DNA of 64,000 nucleotides from Candidatus Palauibacter sp. (GCF_965261555.1 NZ_OZ253465.1:2649318-2713317); one strand, 5' to 3'. Positions 48,907-60,137 are shown, counted from the first letter of the stretch. Notes: a model not told the origin generated them from the sequence alone. A program made the numbers and translations.

Positions 48907-49725
48907 ATGACTGACGTCGGAGCGACGATGCTCGCAGAAGAGGCAAGGGGCTGGGCCGGGGAGTCCGTCGCCGCGCTGCGCGAGCACTGGGACCGGGAGT
49001 CGGTCTTCGCCTTCGACCGCGTCCCTTCGACGAACGATCTCGCCCGCGAACTCGCGGAAGCCGGGGCGCCGTCCGGCACGATCGTGCTCTGCGAAGAGCA
49101 GACGGCCGGGCGGGGAAGGGCGGGCCGCAGCTGGGAGTCTCCGGCGGGAGCCGGCCTCTATCTGAGCATGGTGTTTCGCCCGCGTGCGGCCACGGTCCCG
49201 CCGCTCCTGACGGTCGTGGCCGGCGTCGATCTCGCACGTGAACTCAACCGCCGTTTCCCCGGCCTCGGGTCCGCCGTGAAGTGGCCCAACGACCTCATGG
49301 CCCGGGAGCGGAAGCTCGGCGGCATCCTGGCCGAGACGGCGCGGGACGGCGACAAGGACGTGTTCCTCGTCGTCGGCGTCGGCATCAACGTCGATGCCGG
49401 CCGGCTGCCGAGCGACGTGGACGGAGCGGTGGCCCTTGCCGACTGCGTGGGTCCGGCGCGCCTCGTCGATGTCGCGGATGCGGTCGTTGCGGGACTCGAG
49501 CGCCGGCTCCCGCGCGTGCCGACCTCACTCGATGCGGCGTCGCTCGATGAACTCGACCGCCTCGACTGGCTGAAGAACCGCTGGGTCGAGCACCGGCTCT
49601 CGGACCGCGAACCCGCCATCGGACTCGCAGCCGGGATCGCCCCGGACGGCGCCCTCCTGCTGCGGCCGCGCGGGGGCGCCCTGCGCCGCGTCGTTGCAGG
49701 CTCCATCGCCCTCGGCGGAAGCTGA
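48907..49725 (+). CDS. birA: Biotin--[acetyl-CoA-carboxylase] ligase (no N-terminal HTH)
   Basis: STN, QTAGRGRAGRSW, KWPND, KLGGILAE, GVGINV. Confidence 0.93.
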   Translation: MTDVGATMLAEEARGWAGESVAALREHWDRESVFAFDRVPSTNDLARELAEAGAPSGTIVLCEEQTAGRGRAGRSWESPAGAGLYLSMVFRPRAATVPPLLTVVAGVDLARELNRRFPGLGSAVKWPNDLMARERKLGGILAETARDGDKDVFLVVGVGINVDAGRLPSDVDGAVALADCVGPARLVDVADAVVAGLERRLPRVPTSLDAASLDELDRLDWLKNRWVEHRLSDREPAIGLAAGIAPDGALLLRPRGGALRRVVAGSIALGGS

Positions 49726-49729
49726 TCTC

Positions 49730-50509
49730 ATGCTCCTCACGGTAGACATCGGGAACACCGAATCCGTCCTCGGGTGGTTCGATGATCTCACCCCCGCGCA
49801 CACGTGGCGGATCGCGACGGACCGCCGCCGAACGGCGGACGAGATCGGACTCCAGCTCCGGGGGCTCCTCGGGGCCCGGGACCTGCCGGCTCCGGAGCGG
49901 ATCGTCGTCGCTTCCGTCGTCCCCGCGCTGCACCGTGTCTGGCTCGCGGTCGGCGGGGTCCTCGACGCCCCGCTGCGCTTCCTCAACGGTGGCTCTCCCA
50001 TCCCCGTCCGGCTGGATGTCGACCACCCCCTCGAAGTCGGCGCCGACCGCATCGCGAACACGCTCGCCGCGGCGGAACTCTACGGTCGCGACACGATCGT
50101 CGTGGATCTCGGGACGGCGACGACCTTCGATTGCATTACGGCCGATGGCGTCTTCGTGGGCGGCGTCATCGCGCCCGGGCCCACGGCCGGCACGGACCAG
50201 CTCGCGCGCGCGACGGCGCAACTCCCGCAGATCCATGTGGAGAAACCGGCCCGGGTCATCGGCCGCAACACGCAGGACTGTCTGCGGAGCGGCGGGTTCT
50301 ACTCGGTGGTGGAGGGGATCGACGGCATCGTGGAGCGGATCGGCGAGGAATGGGAGCGCGAGCCGCTCGTCGTCGCCACGGGCGGACTCGCGCGGGTCGT
50401 GGGGCCGCACTGCCGCACCGTGGACCGCATCGAGCCGGCGCTGACGATCACCGGCCTGGCGATCGCGGACCGATACCTGTTCGGTCCTCCCGCCGGTTCA
50501 GGCGGCTGA
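49730..50509 (+). CDS. coaX: Type III pantothenate kinase
   Basis: DIGNT, SVVP, VGADR, VDLGTATTFD, GGVIAPG, ATGG. Confidence 0.95.
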   Translation: MLLTVDIGNTESVLGWFDDLTPAHTWRIATDRRRTADEIGLQLRGLLGARDLPAPERIVVASVVPALHRVWLAVGGVLDAPLRFLNGGSPIPVRLDVDHPLEVGADRIANTLAAAELYGRDTIVVDLGTATTFDCITADGVFVGGVIAPGPTAGTDQLARATAQLPQIHVEKPARVIGRNTQDCLRSGGFYSVVEGIDGIVERIGEEWEREPLVVATGGLARVVGPHCRTVDRIEPALTITGLAIADRYLFGPPAGSGG

Positions 50510-50525
50510 CGTCCCGACGCCGGCT

Positions 50526-50744
50526 TCAGGACCTGCGGAGGAAAGCAGCGCCTCCGCAGCACTTCTCCTTCATCTTGTTCGCGAACTCCGGATTGATCAT
50601 CCGCACGATCAGGTAGACGATCGCGACGAAGATCGCGACTCTCACCAACATCCACACGAGGTGCAGGACGATGGGCAAGACGATGCCCGTCACCCACAGA
50701 CCCACCGCGCCCGCGGCCACCAGCACTACGGCTGCACGAAACAT
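50526..50744 (-). CDS. Small hypothetical membrane protein (72 aa)
   Basis: Strong SD AAGGGAGG, two hydrophobic segments, basic tail containing CC. Confidence 0.6.
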   Translation of the reverse strand: MFRAAVVLVAAGAVGLWVTGIVLPIVLHLVWMLVRVAIFVAIVYLIVRMINPEFANKMKEKCCGGAAFLRRS

Positions 50745-50872
50745 GTCGACCTCCCTTTCTGGCCCGCCCGTACGATAGGGGTACGGGGCAGGTTTCATAA
50801 GCCCCGGCCCTGTTCCGCGGCCGGCCCGCCAACCGATTCCGCGGCCCGGCCCCGCCGTCCGTCCGAGGCCAC

Positions 50873-50901
50873 TTGATCGGAACGGTCCGCGCTCCTATCT
50901 T
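50873..50901 (+). promoter_or_regulatory. Sigma-70 promoter of groESL
   Basis: TTGATC-N17-TATCTT immediately upstream of the CIRCE. Confidence 0.65.
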
Positions 50902-50910
50902 CGGCTCGCC

Positions 50911-50937
50911 TTAGCACTCGCCTGCCCAGAGTGCTAA
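50911..50937 (+). promoter_or_regulatory. CIRCE element (HrcA operator)
   Basis: Perfect TTAGCACTC-N9-GAGTGCTAA. Confidence 0.97.
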
Positions 50938-51010
50938 CAGCCGCGGGATCCCTCGCGGCTCTCATCGGAAGGATCACCCAACACCAAAGGTCCAAGGAGG
51001 GAAAGGCAAG

Positions 51011-51319
51011 ATGGCAACCGCCTCGAACACGAAACTGAACATCTCCCCCATGGCCGACCGCATCGTCGTCGCGCCGCTCGAAGAGACCGAGGAGATGCGC
51101 GGTGGTCTGTACATCCCGGACACCGCCAAGGAGAAGCCGCAGCAGGGCACCGTCGTCGCCGTGGGCCCCGGCCGCATGAACGACGACGGCGACCGCATCC
51201 CGATGGAAGTCAACACCGGAGACCGCGTTCTCTACGGCAAGTACGCCGGGACCGAGGTTTCGCTGGATGGCGACGACTACCTGATCGTGAAGGAAAGCGA
51301 CGTTCTGGCCGTCCTCTAG
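51011..51319 (+). CDS. groES: Co-chaperonin GroES
   Basis: P..DRIVV, GGLYIPDTAKEKPQQG.VVAVGPG, KYAGTEV. Confidence 0.98.
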   Translation: MATASNTKLNISPMADRIVVAPLEETEEMRGGLYIPDTAKEKPQQGTVVAVGPGRMNDDGDRIPMEVNTGDRVLYGKYAGTEVSLDGDDYLIVKESDVLAVL

Positions 51320-51372
51320 CCGCTGAAGCGGAAGACGGCGGGTCAAACCCGTTGACTGATGCGCCCGCATAA

Positions 51373-53037
<1,665 letters not shown>

Positions 53038-53044
53038 TCGCCGC

Positions 53045-53119
53045 CGGGGGGGCGGATAGCCGTCCCCCCGCCGTCAGGTGTTGGAGCAGCACGGAAGGCC
53101 CGGCTTCGGCCGGGCCTTC
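53045..53119 (+). terminator. Two tandem GC-rich hairpins after groEL
   Basis: An 11-bp stem at 53045-53070 and GAAGGCCCGGC-TTCG-GCCGGGCCTTC (53094-53119, cUUCGg loop); no U-tract. Confidence 0.6.
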
Positions 53120-53151
53120 GCGCATCCGTCCCCCGCGGCTAATTTCGTGCG

Positions 53152-55047
53152 ATGCCGTTACTCGGATCCCGTTCCGGACCTCCCGTGGCTCGCCCGGCTG
53201 TCGCTCGGGCGACGCTGTGGATCGCCGTCCTGGCGCCGCTTGCCTGCGCGGACACGACGGGCCCAGAGGGAGATCTCTGTCCCGCCGTGGCGAGTCGCGG
53301 CGCCACCCGCTTCACGCTGTCGCTCGCGGCCGGGGAGATGTGCGTGCTGCCGGCGGGAGGCGTCCAGGTCGTGCAGATCGGGGCGGGCAGCGCCGCGGCC
53401 GAGTACCTGGTCGTCGTGCAGAGCGGTCTGCGCACGCCTGGGGCGACGACGCGCCTGCGGCTCGACGCGCGAGCGACCGGGGCGGCGGCCGCGCGGGTCC
53501 CTCCGCTCGTCGCTTTGGCACGCACGCTGCCGGTCGATGCGTTCGGCTTCGAGGACGACAGGCTCGGCCTCGAAGAGGCGTCCCGGGCCGACCTCACCTT
53601 CAGGACGAATGCCCGCCGCGCCGTGCTGGGCGCGCGCCCCCTCCGCCCGAAGCCCGCCGCGGCGCCGGACCCGGGCATGGTGCGCGCGAACGCGACCCCC
53701 GCCGCCGCGATGCCCCCCACCGTCGGCGACACGGTGATCTTCAGCAACGCGGTGCATCCGAATCTCGCCGTCGACTGCGACGGGATCCACGACGTGACCG
53801 CCGTCGTCCGCGCGGTGGGTCCGAACTTCGCGATCGTGGAGGATCTCGATGGGGCCGGCGTCGTGCTCGGCGGCGGCTACGAGGCGGTCGTGGGATCGCT
53901 TGAGAGGTCGGTCTTCCCGGTCCTCTCGGCGTACTTCGGCGAGCCCGCGGACATCGACGGAAACGGCGTCGTATGGGTCCTGTTTTCCCCCGTCGTGAAC
54001 CGGACGACGCCCCGCGACAGCGACACCAGGATTCTGGGGTTCTTCAATCCGGCTGATCTGGCCGATCCCGAGGACTGCCCGGCGTCCAACGGCGGTGAGA
54101 TCCTCTACCTCCTTGCCGCCGATCCCGACGGCCGGTTCTCGAAGCCCGTACCCGAAGAATTCGCCACGACCGGGGCGATCGGCGTGGCCGCGCACGAACT
54201 GGCGCACCTCATTTCGGCCGAGCGCCGAACCGTGCTCGCCTCGGGCTCCTTCGCCTCCCTCGAGGAGACCTGGCTCAGCGAGGCGCTGGCCCATTCGGCG
54301 GAGACGTTCGTCGGGATGTCGGGTGCGTTCCTGAGTCCCGGGGGCAACTACGGCTTCACGGAACTCTTCGCCGACTCCGACAACTTCGCGACGTATCACT
54401 TTCCGAACTTCCGCCGCTCCGCGTTCTACCTGCTCGGCCCGCACCGGACCCCCGCGCTGGGCGACGCCCATTCGCACGATCCCGACGGAGTCTCCTCGCT
54501 CGCGATGCGAGGCTTCGGGTGGCTCTTCCTGCGCTGGCTCGCGGATCAGTACTCGCCGGCGGGCGGCGGAGTGCTCGGCGGTGTCGCGGAGGAGGCCATC
54601 TTCCACGACCTGGCGGGAGGGGGGGACGCTCGCGCGCGGGGCGTGGAGAACGTCGAGCGGGTCGCGGCGGCGCTCGGTGGCCCCGGGTCATGGGACGACC
54701 TGCTCGCGGCCTGGGCTCTTGCCCCGATCGCCGACGACCTGCCCGGCGCTCCCTCCTCGACGCAGCTCAATACCTTGCACCTTCGCGATGTGTTCGCCGC
54801 CCTGCACCGGGAACTGGAAGGGAGGACACCCTTCGCGAGAGCCTTCCCGCTCCACGCGATGGACATTCCGCTCGCCGGCGGGACGGATGCCCGGATCGAC
54901 TTCGAGCTCGCCGCCTCGACGGGCTACTATTTCCGGTTCGAGAGCGAGGGCCCACACCCGGAGGTCCGCCTGAGACTCACGACCCAGGCCGGGCTCTCCG
55001 TCCCCTCTTCCGAGGCCATCCGCATCGTCGCGCTCCGGACTCGTTGA
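53152..55047 (+). CDS. Gluzincin metallopeptidase lipoprotein (M30/hyicolysin-like), paralogue 1
   Basis: Lipobox PLAC, YFGEPADIDGNG, GFF, SNGGEILYL, AHELAH, WLSEALAH. Confidence 0.75.
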   Translation: MPLLGSRSGPPVARPAVARATLWIAVLAPLACADTTGPEGDLCPAVASRGATRFTLSLAAGEMCVLPAGGVQVVQIGAGSAAAEYLVVVQSGLRTPGATTRLRLDARATGAAAARVPPLVALARTLPVDAFGFEDDRLGLEEASRADLTFRTNARRAVLGARPLRPKPAAAPDPGMVRANATPAAAMPPTVGDTVIFSNAVHPNLAVDCDGIHDVTAVVRAVGPNFAIVEDLDGAGVVLGGGYEAVVGSLERSVFPVLSAYFGEPADIDGNGVVWVLFSPVVNRTTPRDSDTRILGFFNPADLADPEDCPASNGGEILYLLAADPDGRFSKPVPEEFATTGAIGVAAHELAHLISAERRTVLASGSFASLEETWLSEALAHSAETFVGMSGAFLSPGGNYGFTELFADSDNFATYHFPNFRRSAFYLLGPHRTPALGDAHSHDPDGVSSLAMRGFGWLFLRWLADQYSPAGGGVLGGVAEEAIFHDLAGGGDARARGVENVERVAAALGGPGSWDDLLAAWALAPIADDLPGAPSSTQLNTLHLRDVFAALHRELEGRTPFARAFPLHAMDIPLAGGTDARIDFELAASTGYYFRFESEGPHPEVRLRLTTQAGLSVPSSEAIRIVALRTR

Positions 55048-55200
55048 CCGCGCGGCGGCTCGAAGCGCGTGCAGAACGCCGCTCCGCCGCTTCGGGCACG
55101 GATCGCGGAGGGCGGGTATCTTGACCTCGGGAGAGACCGACCGGCTCCGGGGGCTGGCGGGCGCATGGACCGTGCCAGGGAGATCGACTTTGAGACACGC

Positions 55201-57135
55201 ATGCTGAGACTCTGCGGACGGGCGTTGCGCCCAGCAGGCGCGATCTCCGGTCTTGCGCTCGCGGCGTGCGGCGGCGGCACGACGGACCCGCCGCCGCCTC
55301 CTCCTCCCCTTGCCTCCGGGTGCGGGGGGACGGCCACGCCGTCGGTGTCCGTCACGCTGGACCTGTCCCCCGGCGAACACGTCACGCTCGACGACGCCGC
55401 GGATGTGCGCGCCTTCGGGCTGGCGGGTTCGGACGTGTCCCGCGACTACCAGGTCATCGTACAGAGCGCTTCCGAGGCGCCCGGTCAGAGCGTGGACGGT
55501 TGCCTGCGCGTTGCCGCCGAGCGCGCCTCCGGGAACGTGATCCCGTCCCGGCCGCCCCGTCTCACCTCGACGGGCAGAGAATTGAGCCGCGACCTCCGCC
55601 GCCGGGAGTCCTGGTTCGCGCGCGAGCACATCCTTCGGGAGCGGGAGATGCAGGAACTCGCCGCGGTCGGCGCCCGCCCCATAAGGGCGCGAAGCCGGGG
55701 CCTCGACCCGCTGGGCCTGGCCGACGCGCTACGGCCGCCGGCGCTCGGGGACACGCTGTCCTTCCGAGTCGGCGTGGGCGCGAACCTGGTCGTGAACTGC
55801 CGCAATCCGACGATGGTCAGGGGCGAAGTCAGGTACGCGGGCGAGCACTTCACCATCGTGGAAGACCTCCAGTTCCACAGCCAGCCCGACAGCGACCGGT
55901 TCTCCGCGGACGAATTCGAGGCGATCGGCCGGCAGCTCGACGAAGTCGTGTACCCGGTGGACGTCGCCTACTTCGGCGAACCCGCGGACATCGACAATAA
56001 CGGGACCGTCTTCGCCCTCATCACGGCCGAGGTGAACAAACTCACGCCCGCCGGCGAGGAGAGCATCGTCGCCGGTTTCTTCCTCTCGCGCGATCTCACG
56101 ACTAGATCGAGCTGCGAGGCTTCGAACGAGGGAGAGATCTTCTACCTCGTGGGGCCGGATCCGGACGAGGACTACGGCGCGGACATCAGCCTCCGCTTCG
56201 CGAACGCGCTCGCGCGCTCGACGGTCGCGCACGAGTTCGCTCACCTGCTCAACGCGCAGCAGCGCGTCACCCTCGGGGGCGGGAACATCTTCGGCGACCG
56301 GGAGGTCTTATGGCTCGACGAAGCCATGGCCCACCTTGCCGAGGAGGTCGCCGGCCTGCGCGCCGCGGGCCTCGGCACGAGGGAGAACCTCGATCTGGAG
56401 ATGATCACGTCCAGCGAGGAACAACTGTCCGTCTACAACCACTTTCACGTCGTGAACCAGATCCGCCTCGGCCGCTTCCTGCGGGGCGGCTGTCCGCCGG
56501 ATCCCAACGGTCCGGCGGCGGCCCCGGCGCTCGGCGACGCCGCCGGCGAAGATCCGGGCGGAGTGGAATCCCTCGCCTTCCGCGGCTTCGCGTACGGGTT
56601 CGCGCGCTGGCTCGGCGACCAGTTCGGGGCGTCCGGGAGCGGGAGCGCGCTTCCCGGGAGCAGGGAAGAGGAACTGTTCCGGTATCTGACCTCGGGAGGG
56701 CCCGCGCACTTCAAGGGCATCACCAATGTGGAACGCACGCTCCAGGCCGTGGCCGGCGTGGAGATGGAATGGGAGGAGATTCTCTCGCTGTATCTCACGT
56801 CCCTGATCGCGGACGACCGCGCGCCGGCCGCCGCGGATCTCCGGACACAGTGGAAGACCTGGAATCTCGCGGCGCTGTTCCGACAGCTGAGCGAATCCAA
56901 TCTCGGCGACCGCTGCCCGTTCACCCGCGACTTCCCGCTCACGCCCTCCCGGGTGAACGTGCACGTGTCGACGAACAGTTCGACCGGGTTCACCGTGAAC
57001 TCCTCCACGGGGCGCTACTTCTCGCTCGTGAGTTCGGGCGCGACGCCCAACCTGATCGTCGAGGTCATGGACCCGGCCGGGGCGAACCTTCCCGGACGGG
57101 CGCGGGCGCAGGTCACCGTGCTCCGGATGCGCTGA
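55201..57135 (+). CDS. Gluzincin metallopeptidase lipoprotein (M30/hyicolysin-like), paralogue 2
   Basis: Lipobox LAAC, YFGEPADIDNNG, GFF, SNEGEIFYL, AHEFAH, WLDEAMAH. Start uncertain (55165 or 55201). Confidence 0.75.
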   Translation: MLRLCGRALRPAGAISGLALAACGGGTTDPPPPPPPLASGCGGTATPSVSVTLDLSPGEHVTLDDAADVRAFGLAGSDVSRDYQVIVQSASEAPGQSVDGCLRVAAERASGNVIPSRPPRLTSTGRELSRDLRRRESWFAREHILREREMQELAAVGARPIRARSRGLDPLGLADALRPPALGDTLSFRVGVGANLVVNCRNPTMVRGEVRYAGEHFTIVEDLQFHSQPDSDRFSADEFEAIGRQLDEVVYPVDVAYFGEPADIDNNGTVFALITAEVNKLTPAGEESIVAGFFLSRDLTTRSSCEASNEGEIFYLVGPDPDEDYGADISLRFANALARSTVAHEFAHLLNAQQRVTLGGGNIFGDREVLWLDEAMAHLAEEVAGLRAAGLGTRENLDLEMITSSEEQLSVYNHFHVVNQIRLGRFLRGGCPPDPNGPAAAPALGDAAGEDPGGVESLAFRGFAYGFARWLGDQFGASGSGSALPGSREEELFRYLTSGGPAHFKGITNVERTLQAVAGVEMEWEEILSLYLTSLIADDRAPAAADLRTQWKTWNLAALFRQLSESNLGDRCPFTRDFPLTPSRVNVHVSTNSSTGFTVNSSTGRYFSLVSSGATPNLIVEVMDPAGANLPGRARAQVTVLRMR

Positions 57136-57204
57136 ACCCCCCACTGCACTAGCTTCCGCGTCCACTCGAATTTTCTGTCCAATCGTGCATCGACGGGTAG
57201 GCCG

Positions 57205-59148
57205 ATGAACGACTCCCAGATTTCCGTTTCGCTCCCCGACGGTTCCTTCAAGCGGCTGCCACGCGGCTCGAGCGCCGGCGATCTTGCCGCGTCGATCGGT
57301 CCGGGTCTGGCCCGGGCTGCCGTCGCCGCCCGCGTGAACGACGTGCTCACGGATCTCTCGGCCGCGCTTCCGGACGAAGCGGCGGTCGCGATCGTGACGC
57401 GCAGCGACGAGGATCCCGACGCGCTCTACGTTCTGCGGCACTCCGCGGCCCATGCGCTCGCCACCGCCGTCCGCGAGCTGTATCCGGGGGCGGGAATCGG
57501 CTTCGGGCCTCCGATCGAAGAGGGCTTCTACTACGACTTCGAGGTCCCCGCGCCCTTCACGCCGGAGGACTTGGAGAAGATCGAGCGCGCGATGGCGGAA
57601 GTCGCGGGGGCCGACGATCCGTTCGAGCGGCGGGAGGTGGACCGCGAGGAAGCCGCGGAACTGTTCGCGGACGATCCGCTCAAGCTGGAGCGGCTGGCCG
57701 AGATCCCCGAGGGCGAGGCGATTTCCGTCTATCGGAACGGCCCGTTCCTCGATCTGTGCCGGGGACCGCACGCCCCCCGCACGGGCGAGATCCGCCATTT
57801 CCGGGTTCTCAATGCGGCGGGAGCCTATTGGCGCGGCGATGAGAAGCGACAGATGCTCCAGCGCGTCTATGGCACGGCCTTCTACTCGCAGGAGGCGCTC
57901 GATGCCTACATCACGCGGCGCGAAGAGGCCCGCAAGCGCGATCACCGGAAGCTGGGCAGGGAACTCGACCTGTTCTCGATCCAGGACGAGATCGGGCCGG
58001 GGCTCGTGTGCTGGCACCCCAAGGGCGCGCGCGTGCAGCTCGAGCTGAGGCGCTGGATCGAAGACCTTCAGGAGGCGCACGGCTACGACTTCGTCTACAC
58101 GCCGCACATCTCCGGCGAAGCGCTCTTCCGGCGCTCCGGGCACCTCCCGAACTACGCGGAGAACATGTATCCCCGGATGGCGGACGAGGACGGCGAAGCG
58201 TTCCGCGTGAAGCCGATGAACTGTCCGGGACACATCACGATCTACGCGGCGAACCCCCGCAGCTACCGCGACCTTCCGGTGCGGCTCTCCGAGATCGCGA
58301 ACGTGTACCGCCACGAACGCTCGGGGACGCTGCACGGGCTGCTGCGCGTGCGTATGCTCACGATGGACGACGGGCACGTCTTCTGCACTCCCGAGCAGAT
58401 CGAGGAGGAGATCTTCATCTGCCTGAAGCTCGTCGACACGGTGATGACGACGCTGGGCCTCGACTACCGGTTCGATCTTTCGACGCGTCCCGACGGGGAC
58501 AAGCGGATCGGCGGCGACGAGGTCTGGGACGTGGCGGAAGACGCGTTGCGCGACGCGCTGGAGCGCGGAGGGCTGGAGTACGAGCTGGACGAGGGCGGGG
58601 GCGCGTTCTACGGACCCAAGATCGACATCAAGTACAAGGACGCGATCGGACGCGAGTGGCAGGGGGCCACGATCCAGTTGGACTTCAACCTGCCCGACCG
58701 CTTCGAACTCGAGTACATGGGGGCGGACAACAAGCCGCACCGGCCCGTGCTGATCCACCGCGCCATCTTCGGCACCCTGGAGCGCTTCACCGGCGTGCTC
58801 ATTGAACACTTCGCGGGCGCCTTCCCGCCCTGGCTCGCGCCCGTACAGGTCCGCGTGCTCCCGATCACGGACGCCCACGCGGCCGCCGCCGGCGAGATCC
58901 GGGACCGCCTCGCCGCCGATGGCCTGCGCGTCGAACTCGACGCCCGCTCCGACACGCTCGGCTACCGCATCCGCGACGGCGAACTTCAGAAGGTCCCCTA
59001 CCTGCTCGTCGTCGGAGACCGCGAAATCGAGGCCGGCACCGTCGCCGTCCGCGCCCGCGGCGCGAAACGCAAACAGGAAGTCCTCCCCCTCGACGACTTC
59101 GTATCCCGGATCCGCAGTCGCGTCGAGACCCGGTCTCTCGAAACGTGA
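57205..59148 (+). CDS. thrS: Threonine--tRNA ligase
   Basis: TGS domain, RHSAAH, DLCRGPH, RDHRKLG, KPMNCPGH, AFYGPKID, IHRAIFG..ERF. Confidence 0.98.
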   Translation: MNDSQISVSLPDGSFKRLPRGSSAGDLAASIGPGLARAAVAARVNDVLTDLSAALPDEAAVAIVTRSDEDPDALYVLRHSAAHALATAVRELYPGAGIGFGPPIEEGFYYDFEVPAPFTPEDLEKIERAMAEVAGADDPFERREVDREEAAELFADDPLKLERLAEIPEGEAISVYRNGPFLDLCRGPHAPRTGEIRHFRVLNAAGAYWRGDEKRQMLQRVYGTAFYSQEALDAYITRREEARKRDHRKLGRELDLFSIQDEIGPGLVCWHPKGARVQLELRRWIEDLQEAHGYDFVYTPHISGEALFRRSGHLPNYAENMYPRMADEDGEAFRVKPMNCPGHITIYAANPRSYRDLPVRLSEIANVYRHERSGTLHGLLRVRMLTMDDGHVFCTPEQIEEEIFICLKLVDTVMTTLGLDYRFDLSTRPDGDKRIGGDEVWDVAEDALRDALERGGLEYELDEGGGAFYGPKIDIKYKDAIGREWQGATIQLDFNLPDRFELEYMGADNKPHRPVLIHRAIFGTLERFTGVLIEHFAGAFPPWLAPVQVRVLPITDAHAAAAGEIRDRLAADGLRVELDARSDTLGYRIRDGELQKVPYLLVVGDREIEAGTVAVRARGAKRKQEVLPLDDFVSRIRSRVETRSLET

Positions 59149-59176
59149 CGTGTGCCGGTTCGCGCGCCGGTCGTCG

Positions 59177-59205
59177 TTGACAGGAGGGCCGCTCGGGGAC
59201 ACTTT
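59177..59205 (+). promoter_or_regulatory. Putative promoter of infC-rpmI-rplT
   Basis: TTGACA-N17-CACTTT. Confidence 0.5.
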
Positions 59206-59271
59206 CCTCGGCGTCGGAAAAACTGACAAGCGGGGCCGCGATGCCCCCACCCTATCGGCGCACGAACTCGT

Positions 59272-59351
59272 GCTGCTGCCGGGTCGATGGTGCATTCCCC
59301 GCGTGGGATGTGCGTTCGTGCCCGGTCGGCAAGCGTCGAACCGGGCTTTTT
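59272..59351 (+). ncRNA. Structured cis-regulatory leader (terminator/antiterminator) upstream of infC
   Basis: Terminator stem 59320-59346 plus TTTTT; a competing long hairpin 59274-59331 shares GCCCGGTCGGC. Confidence 0.55.
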
Positions 59352-59363
59352 CTATGAGGTGCA

Positions 59364-59876
59364 GTGAACGGAGATCCCAGAGTCAACGACAAGATCCGGA
59401 TCAGCCCGATCCGGCTCATCGACGAGGAGGGCAACCAGCTCGGCATCGTCGCCACGGACGAAGCCCGTTCGATGGCGGCCGATCGCGGGCTCGACCTCGT
59501 GGAGGTGGCGCCCGGCGCGCGACCGCCCGTCTGCCGGCTCATGGACTTCGGGAAGTACAAGTACGCGCAGGCGAGGAAGGCGCGGGAAGCGAAGAAGAAA
59601 CAGCACATCATCCACGTCAAGGAAGTGAAGCTGCGGCCGAAGATCGAGGCGCACGACATCGACTTCAAGATGCGGCACGCACGCAGATTCCTGGGGGATG
59701 GAGACAAGGTGAAGTTCACGCTCATGTTCCGGGGACGCGAGGTCACGCACCCGGAGCGGGGGCGACGGATTCTCGAGATGGTGAAGGAAGAGTTGGAGGA
59801 CATCGCGGTGGTGGAGTCGGACATCGCCCATGAGGGTCGCACGATGACCATGCTGATGGGACCGCACCGCACGTAG
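59364..59876 (+). CDS. infC: Translation initiation factor IF-3
   Basis: RVNDKI, LDLVEV, PPVCRLMDFGKYKY, KEVKLRP, GDKVK..FRGRE. Confidence 0.97.
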   Translation: MNGDPRVNDKIRISPIRLIDEEGNQLGIVATDEARSMAADRGLDLVEVAPGARPPVCRLMDFGKYKYAQARKAREAKKKQHIIHVKEVKLRPKIEAHDIDFKMRHARRFLGDGDKVKFTLMFRGREVTHPERGRRILEMVKEELEDIAVVESDIAHEGRTMTMLMGPHRT

Positions 59877-59942
59877 TCCCCTCCCGAACGACGACTCCGT
59901 CGCGGACGGCCGGCGACGGAGCTGAACCGGAGCATACGCAAG

Positions 59943-60137
59943 ATGCCGAAGATGAAGACGAACCGGTCCGCCGCGAAGCGGTTTCGAAAGACCGGGAGCG
60001 GGAAATTCCGGCGCCGGCGTGCCTACCACAGCCACATCCTGACGAAGAAGAGCCCCAAGCGTAAGCGTCGGCTCCGTCAGGGCACCCTTGTGGCGAAGGC
60101 GGACGAGAAGCGGGTGAAGCGGCTTCTGGGGAACTAG
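59943..60137 (+). CDS. rpmI: 50S ribosomal protein L35
   Basis: [19 protein letters not shown]...HILTKK. Confidence 0.97.
   Translation: MPKMKTNRSAAKRFRKTGSGKFRRRRAYHSHILTKKSPKRKRRLRQGTLVAKADEKRVKRLLGN

Noticed and set aside
57136-57204. T-box or thrS operator
   Set aside because: Only about 70 nt, with no T-box consensus or clear anticodon-mimic hairpins.
56308-59295. 995-aa antisense ORF, and similar long antisense ORFs such as 30060-32243, 44167-46005 and 40689-42458
   Set aside because: Shadow ORFs opposite well-conserved genes. High GC and codon bias remove antisense stops, and no recognisable motifs are present.
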